This document shows positions 1-8,600 of a stretch of 39,654 bases of DNA, piece after piece. The stretch is from Dehalococcoidales bacterium (GTDB lineage: Bacteria > Chloroflexota > Dehalococcoidia > Dehalococcoidales > UBA2162): positions 1 through 39,654 of the forward strand of contig JAUYMF010000145.1 of the NCBI GenBank assembly GCA_030698765.1, written 5' to 3'. Every line of letters starts with the position of its first letter. Position 1 is the first letter of the stretch. Both the position numbers and the translations under genes were made by a program. The notes beneath the pieces were generated by a model, which saw only the letters and a program-made list of their open reading frames with translations, was not told where the DNA came from and did not search any database.

Positions 1-116
1 AAGTTATTCCCAAATGAAATGATGTCATCTACAGAATTAATAATATTCACTCTCTCTTTTCCCAATTCGACCAGCAGTTGGGACAGAGAACCAATTCTTC
101 CATAGACTTGAGCCAT
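1..116 (-). CDS. hypothetical protein, N-terminal fragment running off the left edge
   Basis: Minus-strand ATG at 116-114 opens a frame uninterrupted to base 1 (MAQVYGRIGSLSQLLVELGKERVNIINSVDDIISFGNN...). AT-rich, no family recognised; an in-frame upstream TTG is also possible. Confidence 0.25.
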   Translation of the reverse strand, partial: MAQVYGRIGSLSQLLVELGKERVNIINSVDDIISFGNN

Positions 117-317
117 GCTTACCCGTCCAACGGTTGTCCAGACATTCAAACTAAACTATACTATATTCTTATTAATTTGGATAATAGTTAATGACCAAGC
201 CAATTCATACAGCTTCTCACAAGAGCTGATAAACGCCAACCCAAAGATCCTCGTTCCGTGTATTGTCCGGTACCGCCCCCTTTTTATTCTGTCCGCTGAG
301 ACTCTCCCGCTGATTTC

Positions 318-326
318 TGCTATAAT
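318..326 (+). promoter_or_regulatory. candidate extended -10 element upstream of pfkA
   Basis: TGcTATAAT at 318-326, about 50 nt upstream of the pfkA RBS; no convincing -35 hexamer. Confidence 0.35.
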
Positions 327-380
327 TTCCATTATACCTTTGCAACTGTGATAGCCGGGATTACTCTAAAGGAGGCTATG

Positions 381-1430
381 ATGAACGGGAAAAAGAAAAT
401 CGGCATTCTTACCGGCGGCGGTGATTGCCCGGGACTGAACGCTGCCATCAGGGCGGTGACCAAGGCGGCAATCCGGGACGGTCACGAGGTGATTGGAATT
501 CAACACGGCTGGAAGGGTTTCCTGGATGGTGAATATAATCCTCTGGACCGCATTAAGACCTCAGGAATCATTGACCGGGGGGGGACAATCCTGGGGACTT
601 CAAGGTTAAGCCCCTTTTATGTGGAAAACGGCGTCGATAAGGTTCTTTCTGAATTTAAGCGACTGGAATTAGATGCGCTGGTGGTCTTGGGGGGTGAAGG
701 CACCCTCTCGGCGACCAATCGGATGTCAAAGCTGGGTATGCCGGTGATAGGAATACCCAAGACCATTGATAATGATGTCAGAGGTACGGATTTCACGATA
801 GGATTCCAGACGGCTGTACAGATCGCCACTGATGCCCTGGACAGACTCCGTTCCCATGCGGAGAGTCATCATCGGGTGATGCTTCTGGAAGTAATGGGGC
901 GGAATGCCGGCTGGATTGCCGTTTACTCCGGCATGGCTAACGGGGCAGACGCTATCTTGATCCCGGAAATTCCTCTGGATAAAGGCAGATTGGACGACCT
1001 CTGCCAGATGTTGATAACAAGAAGCAAGCGGGGAGCAACCTTCAGTATTGTCGTCGTGGCGGAAGGGACCGTACTGGAAGGAAGGACGGTAGAAAAGGTC
1101 GTCTTCGATAAATCGAAAGATTCCGAGGAACGTTTACTGTGTGGAGTAGCCAGCGTCCTGGAGGAGATTATTGCCCGGGAAACCGGGCTGGAGACCAGGG
1201 TTTCTTCTCTGGGCTATGTGCAGCGCGGAGGCACTCCCGTGGCCTATGACCGCAGCCTGGCTACCGCTTTTGGCGTTAAAGCGGTTGAGCTTATCAATGC
1301 CGGAAAATACGGAGAGATGACGGCACTAAGAGGGAACAGAATTACCAGTTTTCCCCTGGAATGGGTAGCTGACGCCATAAAAACGGTAAATCTCAATATC
1401 TACCATGTCGCTGAGAAGTTTTTCGGCTAG
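381..1430 (+). CDS. pfkA: 6-phosphofructokinase (ATP-type motif pattern)
   Basis: ORF 348..1430; KKIGILTGGGDCPGLNAAIRAV, LGGEGT and PKTIDND motifs typical of the PFK family. Start moved to ATG 381, 5 nt after AAGGAGG (369-375); ATG 378 is equally possible. Confidence 0.9.
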   Translation: MNGKKKIGILTGGGDCPGLNAAIRAVTKAAIRDGHEVIGIQHGWKGFLDGEYNPLDRIKTSGIIDRGGTILGTSRLSPFYVENGVDKVLSEFKRLELDALVVLGGEGTLSATNRMSKLGMPVIGIPKTIDNDVRGTDFTIGFQTAVQIATDALDRLRSHAESHHRVMLLEVMGRNAGWIAVYSGMANGADAILIPEIPLDKGRLDDLCQMLITRSKRGATFSIVVVAEGTVLEGRTVEKVVFDKSKDSEERLLCGVASVLEEIIARETGLETRVSSLGYVQRGGTPVAYDRSLATAFGVKAVELINAGKYGEMTALRGNRITSFPLEWVADAIKTVNLNIYHVAEKFFG

Positions 1431-1442
1431 ACAGTGTTTCTG

Positions 1443-2300
1443 TCAGAGACGGGCGGCCAACCAGTTCTCAATGTCGGCAAATACCTGCTCATGCCCCGGC
1501 TCATTGAAAATCTCGTGGTAGAAGCCATCATATAGTGTCAGGGTCTTGTCCCGTGAACTGATACGCTGATGCAACATCTCACTACCTTTCGGGTCAGATA
1601 AACGGTCAGCGGTCCCGTGCATAATCAGGGCGGGCAGGTTTATCTCCGGCATTTGCTGTGGTAGCTTGCGTATCATCTTCATGAGTTCAGTACCCAGCCG
1701 GGCGCTGATTTTCCCACGGTATACCAGGGGGTCGTTTACATAGCTGTCCACGACTGTGGTATCCCTGCTGATGGCAGACGCGTCAATCAGTGTGACGCCT
1801 GTTTTCGGCGATAATAGTGAAAGAAGGTTGGCGGCGGCAGTAATCATTAATGAGGGATTGCTGGCTAAACTGATGGTGGCGCCGGAGAGAACCAGTCCGG
1901 CAAATTCTTGCTGGTGGTGGATAGCGTAGATGGCGGCAATCATTCCCCCCATACTGTGGCCAATAAGGAAAACTCGGGCGTTATGATTGTTGTCGGGCAC
2001 TGTCTTGAGAAAGGTATTGAGGTCATTAAGATAGTGCCGGAACCGCTCGACGTGTCCCTGTTGTCCCTCCGATTTACCGTGACCACGGTGGTCGAAGCTG
2101 TAGACAGCGTAATCTCTGGCGGTAAAGTAGCGGGCCAGACCGGCATAGCGCCCGCTGTGCTCAGCTAGTCCGTGAACGACAACCAGTAGCGCCTTCGGCT
2201 TACCGGCGGGCAGCCAGCACTGGTAGTGGATGTCAAGGTTTCCGTAACCACTAAATTTGCCTTGCAGGTGCTTCACATTTTCAAGTCCAAAGCCAGGCAA
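1443..2300 (-). CDS. alpha/beta hydrolase (lysophospholipase / monoacylglycerol lipase-like)
   Basis: 285-aa ORF with HGLAEHSGRY, GHSMGG nucleophile elbow and a C-terminal GFYHE His motif, typical of the hydrolase_4/PldB-like family. Confidence 0.8.
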   Translation of the reverse strand: MPGFGLENVKHLQGKFSGYGNLDIHYQCWLPAGKPKALLVVVHGLAEHSGRYAGLARYFTARDYAVYSFDHRGHGKSEGQQGHVERFRHYLNDLNTFLKTVPDNNHNARVFLIGHSMGGMIAAIYAIHHQQEFAGLVLSGATISLASNPSLMITAAANLLSLLSPKTGVTLIDASAISRDTTVVDSYVNDPLVYRGKISARLGTELMKMIRKLPQQMPEINLPALIMHGTADRLSDPKGSEMLHQRISSRDKTLTLYDGFYHEIFNEPGHEQVFADIENWLAARL

Positions 2301-2715
2301 CGGAAATACCCAGTGCCGCCCCGGCCAGTACCTCCACTTTGGTATGGCCTATCAGTTCTCGCAGGTGCTGTTCAAACGCCGGTTTTCCTGTGAAAAGCTC
2401 GGCTATCATGCTGTTAATAATAGCCGCCTGGGCGCTTATTTCCTGGCGTAGTCCGGCAGCGTCATACATCACTATTGCCGCCAGGATGACGGTGAAAGCA
2501 AAAATCGTCGAGTCGATACCGTGCATCAGACCTACTGTGGTGGATAGAGCGCAGACCAGTGTCGCGTGCGCGCTCGGCATTCCTCCCATACTGAACAGGT
2601 AAGACAGGTTCAACTGTTTATCGCGTAGCGATAAGATGAACGCTTTAAGTATCTGGGCGATAGCCCAGGCAGCCAGGGGGACTATCAGTGGTCTATTACC
2701 TAAGATCAGATCCAG
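2281..2715 (-). CDS. divergent PAP2 / DUF212-family membrane protein
   Basis: Track ORF 2281..2613 (GGMPSAHATLV..., MYDAAGLR) lacks the family N-terminus. The frame stays open upstream (…LIVPLAAWAIAQILKAFILSLRDKQ) with no ATG/GTG/TTG. A CTG at 2715-2713 lies 6 nt after AAGGAG. Confidence 0.6.
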   Translation of the reverse strand: MDLILGNRPLIVPLAAWAIAQILKAFILSLRDKQLNLSYLFSMGGMPSAHATLVCALSTTVGLMHGIDSTIFAFTVILAAIVMYDAAGLRQEISAQAAIINSMIAELFTGKPAFEQHLRELIGHTKVEVLAGAALGISVAWLWT

Positions 2716-2837
2716 GGTCGTCTCCTTTCCGCGGAGAAATACATTATTAAGTCTATATTAAACCTTTGTGGTTCGCTACAAATGAAAAGAGCATCATGCC
2801 TGACGCTCTTTTGCTAGGCTGTTGCAGCCAGGGGCAA

Positions 2838-3440
2838 TTATTTTTCCTCTATGGTTATTCGTATTATTTTATCACCCGACTTGATTTGTGTGAGGACATC
2901 CATCCCCCCGGTTAGCTGGCCGAACACCGAGTGTTTTCCGTTAAGATGGGGCTGGGGAGCGTAGGTGATGAAAAACTGGGAACCATTCGTGTTAGCGCCG
3001 GCGTTGGCCATTGATAGCGTTCCGGTGCCGTGGGTGTGCGCGGTAAATTCGTCTTCAAATTTGTAGCCGGGGCCGCCCATGCCGGTTCCGGTGGGGTCTC
3101 CACCCTGGGCCATGAAGCCGGGGATGACGCGGTGGAAGGTGACGCCGTCATAGAAACCCTCGCGGGCGAGGAAAACAAAATTATTAACCGTTACCGGAAC
3201 GTCTCCAGCGAACAGCTCCAGTACCAGGTCACCCTTTTCCGTCTCAATGGTAGCCGTGTATTGTTTGCTGGTATCAATTTGCATCGTTGGTGGCGCTGAA
3301 TAAGTTTTACGTTCTGCTGGCATCGTTGATGGTGTTGAGTTAGTCTTAGTCTCCGGCGTGCTCCCGGCGCATGAGGTTAGCAGAATTACCGCCAGGGCTA
3401 ATGTCATGCCGGCGATTCGGGACAGCCTCCCGCTAATCAT
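2838..3440 (-). CDS. cyclophilin-type peptidyl-prolyl cis-trans isomerase, lipoprotein
   Basis: [25 protein letters not shown] and [15 protein letters not shown] motifs; N-terminal signal with lipobox LLTSC. Confidence 0.9.
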   Translation of the reverse strand: MISGRLSRIAGMTLALAVILLTSCAGSTPETKTNSTPSTMPAERKTYSAPPTMQIDTSKQYTATIETEKGDLVLELFAGDVPVTVNNFVFLAREGFYDGVTFHRVIPGFMAQGGDPTGTGMGGPGYKFEDEFTAHTHGTGTLSMANAGANTNGSQFFITYAPQPHLNGKHSVFGQLTGGMDVLTQIKSGDKIIRITIEEK

Positions 3441-3554
3441 AAGCTAACTCCCTCCTTTCTATATTCTGATAAAGATAGTCTACCTGCTTCAGGCAATGAA
3501 AGCAAGCCCCGGAGTGCGCCTTTGAGCCTGAACCCGCTATCCGTCATATTCCTG

Positions 3555-4145
3555 TTACAGACTCTCTCTTAAGGCTTTCAGGTTCACGACATCTTCTTTG
3601 TTATATTGCAGGAGCAGCGCCAGGGCACGCCGGTCACCGCCATTCCGGTACTCCCGCCACAGCCTCACTGCATCATAGCCCCCGATCCCCTTCAGCCGTC
3701 TGGGAATACCCAGCTTTTGCTCAACTGCCTTGAAACCGCCGTAAAGGTTCATTCTCCAGCAATCATACATCAGGTCGTGGTGGGAGTAATGCTCGGTTAA
3801 ATCCACGCTTAAGAAAGTCTGTATGAAGGGAAGGTCAAACCGGCTCCCGTTGTAGGTGTAGATGGTGCAAACATTCTCCAGCGCCCTGATGAGATTCGGC
3901 CCGGTAACGTCGTCTCCAACCAGTTGAATCATAGCGCTGGTATTACCGTCATCACGGTGAATACCGATGACGGTAATGACATCGTATACGGCGGACAGCC
4001 CGGTAGTCTCGATATCCAGGTAAGCATCGAACATCAGTATTGCCTGCGTTTCCCTTCCCTTTGAAAATTGTACCCTTTTTCTTCTTTCGCTGTCTACCTG
4101 ATTACTTGCCACATTGAGGTTGACGTCCATCCCTCTTAAACTCAC
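3555..4145 (-). CDS. RNase H-like (YprB/exonuclease-fold) domain protein
   Basis: DIETTGL ... YNGSRFDLPF ... YNKEDV pattern resembles DEDD/RNase_H_2 3'-5' exonuclease-like domains. Start uncertain (GTG 4145 or ATG 4130). Confidence 0.55.
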   Translation of the reverse strand: MSLRGMDVNLNVASNQVDSERRKRVQFSKGRETQAILMFDAYLDIETTGLSAVYDVITVIGIHRDDGNTSAMIQLVGDDVTGPNLIRALENVCTIYTYNGSRFDLPFIQTFLSVDLTEHYSHHDLMYDCWRMNLYGGFKAVEQKLGIPRRLKGIGGYDAVRLWREYRNGGDRRALALLLQYNKEDVVNLKALRESL

Positions 4146-4360
4146 CCTTTTGGGGGTTTGTGGGTAAGGGTAAGGGGGTGAGGTCGAAGCTCAGCAACGA
4201 TGTCCTTAGTACCTAGCTAAATCAGCAACCTCTATGCGGGTAGTACAGTGAGCCGTACCGGGCAGGACAGGAAAGCACAACCAGTACAGCACAACCTTAA
4301 AGCAGGCTCTGAGAAACTGCCACCGGATGCCTATTCAGTCAGCTACCACAGAAGAGTGTA

Positions 4361-5071
4361 CTAGTCTTCAATAGCGGCGACACTGCACGGGCCCATATGA
4401 GCGCCTTTTACCATAAGCGGCTGGATAGATAACTTTACCCGCGGCTGCTTGATAGCGCCGCAGTTGACCAGTCCCCCTATCGCCGTCAGTCCGGCACGTA
4501 TGCTGAAACCCCTCGTGGTTTCCCCGGTCTTCTTGTTCAGTCCGCCCACATAGCCGACATCGTATAACCACAGGTCGCTGCCGTTCTGCTCCAGCAGGTC
4601 CAGGAGCCTGGCTGCCGTGGCCGTGGTGAAATGGGGGCTGTTTTCCCGGTAATCATGCCCTATCTTCAGGTAACGTTCGTCATCACCCCAGCCGGTACGC
4701 AGTAACAAAGCGTCTCCCTTTTTCACCGGCGCTTTGTTAAAAGCCGCCTCCAGCTCTTCTACCTCCACGATTCCATCCGCTTCCTTGGGAATATCAATGA
4801 TGACACCATCCCGCAGCACCAGTTTATTCAGGTCAACATTATGCAGTCTCCTGGGGTCATCCTTGTACTGTGCCTGGTAACTGGGCAGGATCATCCTGGT
4901 GCCCTGAGCGCAGAAGATATTGAAAACGAAAAACTCGGCGCCATCTTCATACGAGCGTACCTTGTCCATTCTGAACGCTTGCGGCCACAAGGGATGGCCC
5001 TTGAAAGCTGAATGCCCGTACCCGTCGGACATATCTTCATATAGCGGCATTGTCAGGTTGATTACCCTCAT
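4361..5071 (-). CDS. putative cyclase / kynurenine-formamidase-family protein with degenerate metal motif
   Basis: Overall layout (…VIIDIP…GDALLLRTGWG…) recalls the PF04199 cyclase family. The expected HxGTHxDxPxH segment reads AQGTRMILPSY. Confidence 0.45.
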   Translation of the reverse strand: MRVINLTMPLYEDMSDGYGHSAFKGHPLWPQAFRMDKVRSYEDGAEFFVFNIFCAQGTRMILPSYQAQYKDDPRRLHNVDLNKLVLRDGVIIDIPKEADGIVEVEELEAAFNKAPVKKGDALLLRTGWGDDERYLKIGHDYRENSPHFTTATAARLLDLLEQNGSDLWLYDVGYVGGLNKKTGETTRGFSIRAGLTAIGGLVNCGAIKQPRVKLSIQPLMVKGAHMGPCSVAAIED

Positions 5072-5208
5072 TTTGCTACCCTCCCTGTTTTAATTTTTAT
5101 TTAACCCGCTGCCGGATGTGAAAGCAATATAACACAAATCCCATCCTTGTCAAAATCGCCGGGGAAAAAGGGCGGTCAGCCAGGCATCAAATTACTCTTG
5201 ATGGAACC

Positions 5209-6354
5209 TTACTCTCGCCTGCCCTTCAAATAGTCGATAGCCCACTGAACAGCTTCATCTCCCTCAAGGTCAATCTTGTAATCCGGGGCTATCCCCTTTC
5301 CTTCAATCAGACGTTCATTGGGAGTAAGCCAACGGGCTGTGGTAATGTACAACGCCGAACCATCTTTCAGGCGGTTCAGGGTGTTGACGCTGCCCTTACC
5401 GTAGGTGGTGACGCCGGCTATTGTGGCGCGGCCGTAATCCTGTAAAGCCCCGGCCAGCACCTCGCTGCCACTGGCGGAGAAGTTATCCGTCAGTACCACC
5501 ACAGGCAATTCCGTAGTTACATTCGCGCGCTTAACCGAATAAGAAGTCCGGTTCCCCTGATTATCTACCACATAGACCACAATTCCTTCTTTCAGGAAGT
5601 GGCTGGCAACATCAACCACCTCCTCCAGTAAGCCGCCGGGATTACTGCGCACGTCAAGAATGAGTCCGGTTGCCCCCTCATCACTGACACTTTTAAGCGC
5701 CGGGGATAACTCTTCATCAGTACGCCTGGAAAAATGGTTAATACTGATATAGCCGATATCCCCTTTCATCTCAAAGGAGACGCTGGTTATCTCTATTTCA
5801 GCTCTAACTATGGTAATTTCCTCGGGGCTGGTATCGCCCTGGTGCTGAATAAGAAGTGTTACCGATGTCCCCCTGGGGCCGCGAATATGCAGCACCGCCT
5901 CTTCCAGGCTCATCTCTGATGCAGGGCTACCGTCAATTTCCAGTATTATGTCACCCGGCTTGATGCCTCCGCTGGCAGCCGGTGAGCCGGGAATAGGCGC
6001 GATAATCATCAACTGCCCATCCCTGATACCGACATGAGCACCGATACCATCAAACTTTCCCTGCAGGTCACTGGAGCTCAACTGGTAGGTCTCAGCGTTC
6101 AGGTAAGACGAATACGGGTCATCTATCTCCTCGATGATACCCTTAATCGCGGCTCCGCTCAGGGCACTGGCATCAAGTCTGTCCCTGTCCACGTAATCAT
6201 TAAAAATAATATCCCAGGCTTCGGTCACGACATCCAGCCCCAACCTGTCCGCTGAAGAGGTAGTAACGCCCAGAACACAACCGGCGCCAAAAGACAGGAC
6301 AAGCCCCGTCACCAGTAGCAGAGTTATCAGTATGGTTCTTCTTTTTTTTGACAT
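5209..6354 (-). CDS. ctpA: carboxy-terminal processing (S41) protease
   Basis: PDZ segment (PIPGSPAASGGIKPGDIILEIDG) plus S41 core (SASGSEVLAGALQD, GKGS). Start placed at ATG 6354, 7 nt after GGAG, followed by a TM/signal segment. Confidence 0.85.
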   Translation of the reverse strand: MSKKRRTILITLLLVTGLVLSFGAGCVLGVTTSSADRLGLDVVTEAWDIIFNDYVDRDRLDASALSGAAIKGIIEEIDDPYSSYLNAETYQLSSSDLQGKFDGIGAHVGIRDGQLMIIAPIPGSPAASGGIKPGDIILEIDGSPASEMSLEEAVLHIRGPRGTSVTLLIQHQGDTSPEEITIVRAEIEITSVSFEMKGDIGYISINHFSRRTDEELSPALKSVSDEGATGLILDVRSNPGGLLEEVVDVASHFLKEGIVVYVVDNQGNRTSYSVKRANVTTELPVVVLTDNFSASGSEVLAGALQDYGRATIAGVTTYGKGSVNTLNRLKDGSALYITTARWLTPNERLIEGKGIAPDYKIDLEGDEAVQWAIDYLKGRRE

Positions 6355-6424
6355 TAACCTACTCCTGTCAAAGTGTAGCGGCACACTTTGCTCCATTATT
6401 CAAGAAAAGGAATAAACCTGGTGA

Positions 6425-6840
6425 AGGCGGGCAAGCAAACCTGTAAGCCGAGTTCTGTACTCCGGTTTCCCGGAGCGGTGACCATCTATCTAGCCCTGGC
6501 GTTACCGCCAGGGTCAAGCGACCAACCCGGGGACGAGGCCAGGCGCCATTTTGTCCCCCTATTCGGTCTTGCTCCAGATGGGGTTTACCCAGCCGGCTGG
6601 TCACCCAACCGCTGGTAAGCTCTTACCTCACCATTTCACCCTTACCCGCACTGGCTGCCAGCCTGCTTTATCATCACAACTGACATTTACTGTCATATAA
6701 CAGCCAGCCGCTGGCGGTATGTTTCTGTGGCACTTTCCGTAGGGTTACCCCTCCTGGGTGTTACCCAGCACCCCGCCTGGTGGAGCTCGGACTTTCCTCC
6801 CGCCTTAAGAGCGGGCGGTCACCCGGTTTACTTGACCCAC
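6425..6840 (-). ncRNA. rnpB: RNase P RNA, bacterial type A
   Basis: The minus strand carries the universal blocks GGAGGAAAGTCCGAGCTCC, AGTGCCACAGAAACATACCGCC, GGGTGAAATGGTGAGGTAAGAGC, GGTAAACCCCA, GCAAGACCGAATAGG and ACAGAACTCGGCTTACAGG. P1 pairs 6838-6825 with 6441-6429. Confidence 0.95.
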
Positions 6841-6849
6841 CTCCATTTT

Positions 6850-6878
6850 AGTTTAGTATAGAAGGTAGCGTAAGTCAA
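6850..6878 (-). promoter_or_regulatory. candidate rnpB promoter
   Basis: Minus strand TTGACT (6878-6873), 17-nt spacer, TAAACT (6855-6850), about 10 nt upstream of the P1 helix. Confidence 0.5.
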
Positions 6879-6887
6879 AGCCGCACC

Positions 6888-6910
6888 GGTTATTACTCAA
6901 TCTTAGTTGC
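6888..6910 (+). repeat. IS left terminal inverted repeat
   Basis: GGTTATTACTCAATCTTAGTTGC matches the reverse complement of 8626-8647 (GGTTCTACTGAATCTTAGTTGC) at 20 positions with one 1-nt gap. Confidence 0.75.
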
Positions 6911-6946
6911 TTGGCGGTGGTGAAGATGAGTAGGTGGGTAGGTAGG

Positions 6947-6955
6947 TGTTATAAT
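6947..6955 (+). promoter_or_regulatory. candidate extended -10 promoter inside the IS left end
   Basis: TGtTATAAT at 6947-6955, about 25 nt upstream of the GAGGGAG RBS of ORF 6982. Confidence 0.4.
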
Positions 6956-6981
6956 CCTCTTAAAAAGTTGAGGGAGTTATC

Positions 6982-7419
6982 ATGCCATTATACGTCATCT
7001 TCGGGCTGTCATTTTTGGCAATTATTTGTATTGGTGGCTTCGTTATGCCTCGCATTAGCTGGTGGAAGACTATTGAAGTCCCAGATAGAGCATTGGCGTA
7101 TCTCGCCCTTTTTATTGGCTTTTCTTTACTGTTCCAGCAGGTTACAGAATACAATCACGGCTTGGTATATGTGTTGTCTACAGTTGATGCCAGACAAACC
7201 ATTGACGGCTCAACAATTAACCCAAAAGTCATTGGTATATGGTGGTGGGTAATGGTTTACTTATACTGGATTTTTATAGCGTCTGCTTTGCTGGCTACCG
7301 TTGCTTTATTCAGAGGTACAGTAAAAGACATAAGGGATAGTAAGGCTAAAGACAACACGAATCAGGATAATGAGGTACTGAAACGGCTAGACAGAATAAT
7401 AGAATTATTGGAGAAGTAA
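6982..7419 (+). CDS. IS-borne hypothetical membrane protein (3-4 TM helices plus charged C-terminal helix)
   Basis: 145-aa ORF with RBS GAGGGAG 5 nt upstream. Hydrophobic segments are followed by KDIRDSKAKDNTNQDNEVLKRLDRIIELLEK. Its stop is 2 nt before the transposase ATG. Confidence 0.6.
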   Translation: MPLYVIFGLSFLAIICIGGFVMPRISWWKTIEVPDRALAYLALFIGFSLLFQQVTEYNHGLVYVLSTVDARQTIDGSTINPKVIGIWWWVMVYLYWIFIASALLATVALFRGTVKDIRDSKAKDNTNQDNEVLKRLDRIIELLEK

Positions 7420-7421
7420 CG

Positions 7422-8408
7422 ATGAGTAGTGGAGTAGTCTGTAAATACTGTCAATCCGAGAACGTTCGCAAATACGGCAAGTACAAAGAGACTCAATATT
7501 ACTACTGCAATATCTGCGAGCGTAAGTTCTCCAATCCTGGCGCGATTCCCAAGATGCAGTATTCTACTTCCAAAGTCGCCGATGCTATCTCCATGTACTT
7601 TGAGGGAATGAGCCTGAAAGAGATACGACGGAACTTTATCCAGCAACACAACGACTATATATCAGACGTGACCGTGTTGAACTGGGTAAACCGATTTACC
7701 GACCTAGCTGTGAAGGAATCTGAGAAGCACAATCCCAACGTAGGCTCAATTTGGGTAGCTGATGAAACAGTTTTGGATATAGACGGTAAGAACATTTGGC
7801 TATGGGATATCATAGACGCTAAGACCAGATTCCTGATTGCTACCCATATGTCATTCACCAGAACGTCTAACGATGCTGAACAACTAATGAAGCAGTCATA
7901 CGAGCGAACAGGTAAAATCCCCCGTGTTATCTACACGGATAAGTTGAGAGCTTACTTGGAGGGGATAGAGCGTGTGTTTGGTGCAGATACCAGACATGCC
8001 CAAGGCGGGCCGTTTGACATTGAGGACAATACAAACGCTATTGAGAGGTTTCATGGTACGCTCAAGTCCAGAACTAAGGTCATGCGTGGGTTACACACGG
8101 TAGAATCTGCTAAAAAGTATCTGGACGGTTGGCTGGTGCATTACAACTTCTTTAGACCACATATGAGCCTGAAAGACAGCACTCCGGCTAGGGCAGCTGG
8201 TATTAAGTTCCCACATAGGAACTGGAAAGACGTGTGCGAACAGCCGTTTAGGATAACAGCTAGAATACCTATGAGGGAAGCCGAGATACTACCTGATGAT
8301 GCACCTGTTACTAAAGCAATTCGTAAGGTAGTAAAGCGTAAGAAGCTACTTGTCAGACGGAAGCGGGAAGAGCCAATGACAAGTGTATTACAGATAAGGA
8401 GTAGGTGA
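7422..8408 (+). CDS. IS6-family (DDE_Tnp_IS240-like) transposase with N-terminal zinc finger
   Basis: CKYC..x..CNIC zinc finger, HTH-like segment, DDE triad candidates WVADETVLDIDG / IYTDKLRAY / NAIERFHGTLK, then HYNFFRPHMSL. Collinear with IS26 Tnp as I remember it. Confidence 0.8.
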   Translation: MSSGVVCKYCQSENVRKYGKYKETQYYYCNICERKFSNPGAIPKMQYSTSKVADAISMYFEGMSLKEIRRNFIQQHNDYISDVTVLNWVNRFTDLAVKESEKHNPNVGSIWVADETVLDIDGKNIWLWDIIDAKTRFLIATHMSFTRTSNDAEQLMKQSYERTGKIPRVIYTDKLRAYLEGIERVFGADTRHAQGGPFDIEDNTNAIERFHGTLKSRTKVMRGLHTVESAKKYLDGWLVHYNFFRPHMSLKDSTPARAAGIKFPHRNWKDVCEQPFRITARIPMREAEILPDDAPVTKAIRKVVKRKKLLVRRKREEPMTSVLQIRSR

Positions 8409-8439
8409 TGACGGGGACTGGACTCGTTAGGATACTACA

Positions 8440-8514
8440 CTACTGTAAGAACAGGATATTGACTAATTGCCAGATTAGCCATATCAGGAACAGGGACATA
8501 AGCAATCTGCTCAT
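8440..8514 (-). CDS. candidate 24-aa hydrophobic peptide (type I toxin-like), hypothetical
   Basis: ATG 8514-8512 lies 7 nt after AAAGGAGGTGA. Translation is MSRLLMSLFLIWLIWQLVNILFLQ*. Too short for the ORF track. Confidence 0.4.
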   Translation of the reverse strand: MSRLLMSLFLIWLIWQLVNILFLQ

Positions 8515-8518
8515 AGTC

Positions 8519-8560
8519 TCACCTCCTTTCACAGCGTGTGTAGCCGAAAAGGTGAGGTGA
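8519..8560 (-). promoter_or_regulatory. Shine-Dalgarno-sequestering hairpin for the small ORF
   Basis: On the minus-strand RNA, UCACCUCACCUUUUC (8560-8546) pairs with GAAAGGAGGUGA (8530-8519): 7 bp, a 2-nt bulge, then 4-5 bp, with a 15-nt loop. Confidence 0.5.
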
Positions 8561-8600
8561 TAAGTGAGCCGTCAGTACGTTGTCCCCGTCATCACCGAAT

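Noticed and set aside
4146-4360. Possible SRP (4.5S) RNA, because of CAGGACAGGAAAGCACAACC resembling the domain IV AGGUCCGGAAGGAAGCAGCC motif.
   Set aside because: The residues flanking the GGAA cannot form the conserved closing helix, and no complementary 3' strand with the symmetric-loop motif is present. It is treated as ordinary intergenic or promoter DNA.
6368-6618. Track ORFs 6368..6604(-) and 6388..6618(+).
   Set aside because: They lie inside the RNase P RNA gene, a highly structured GC-rich RNA that yields accidental open frames.
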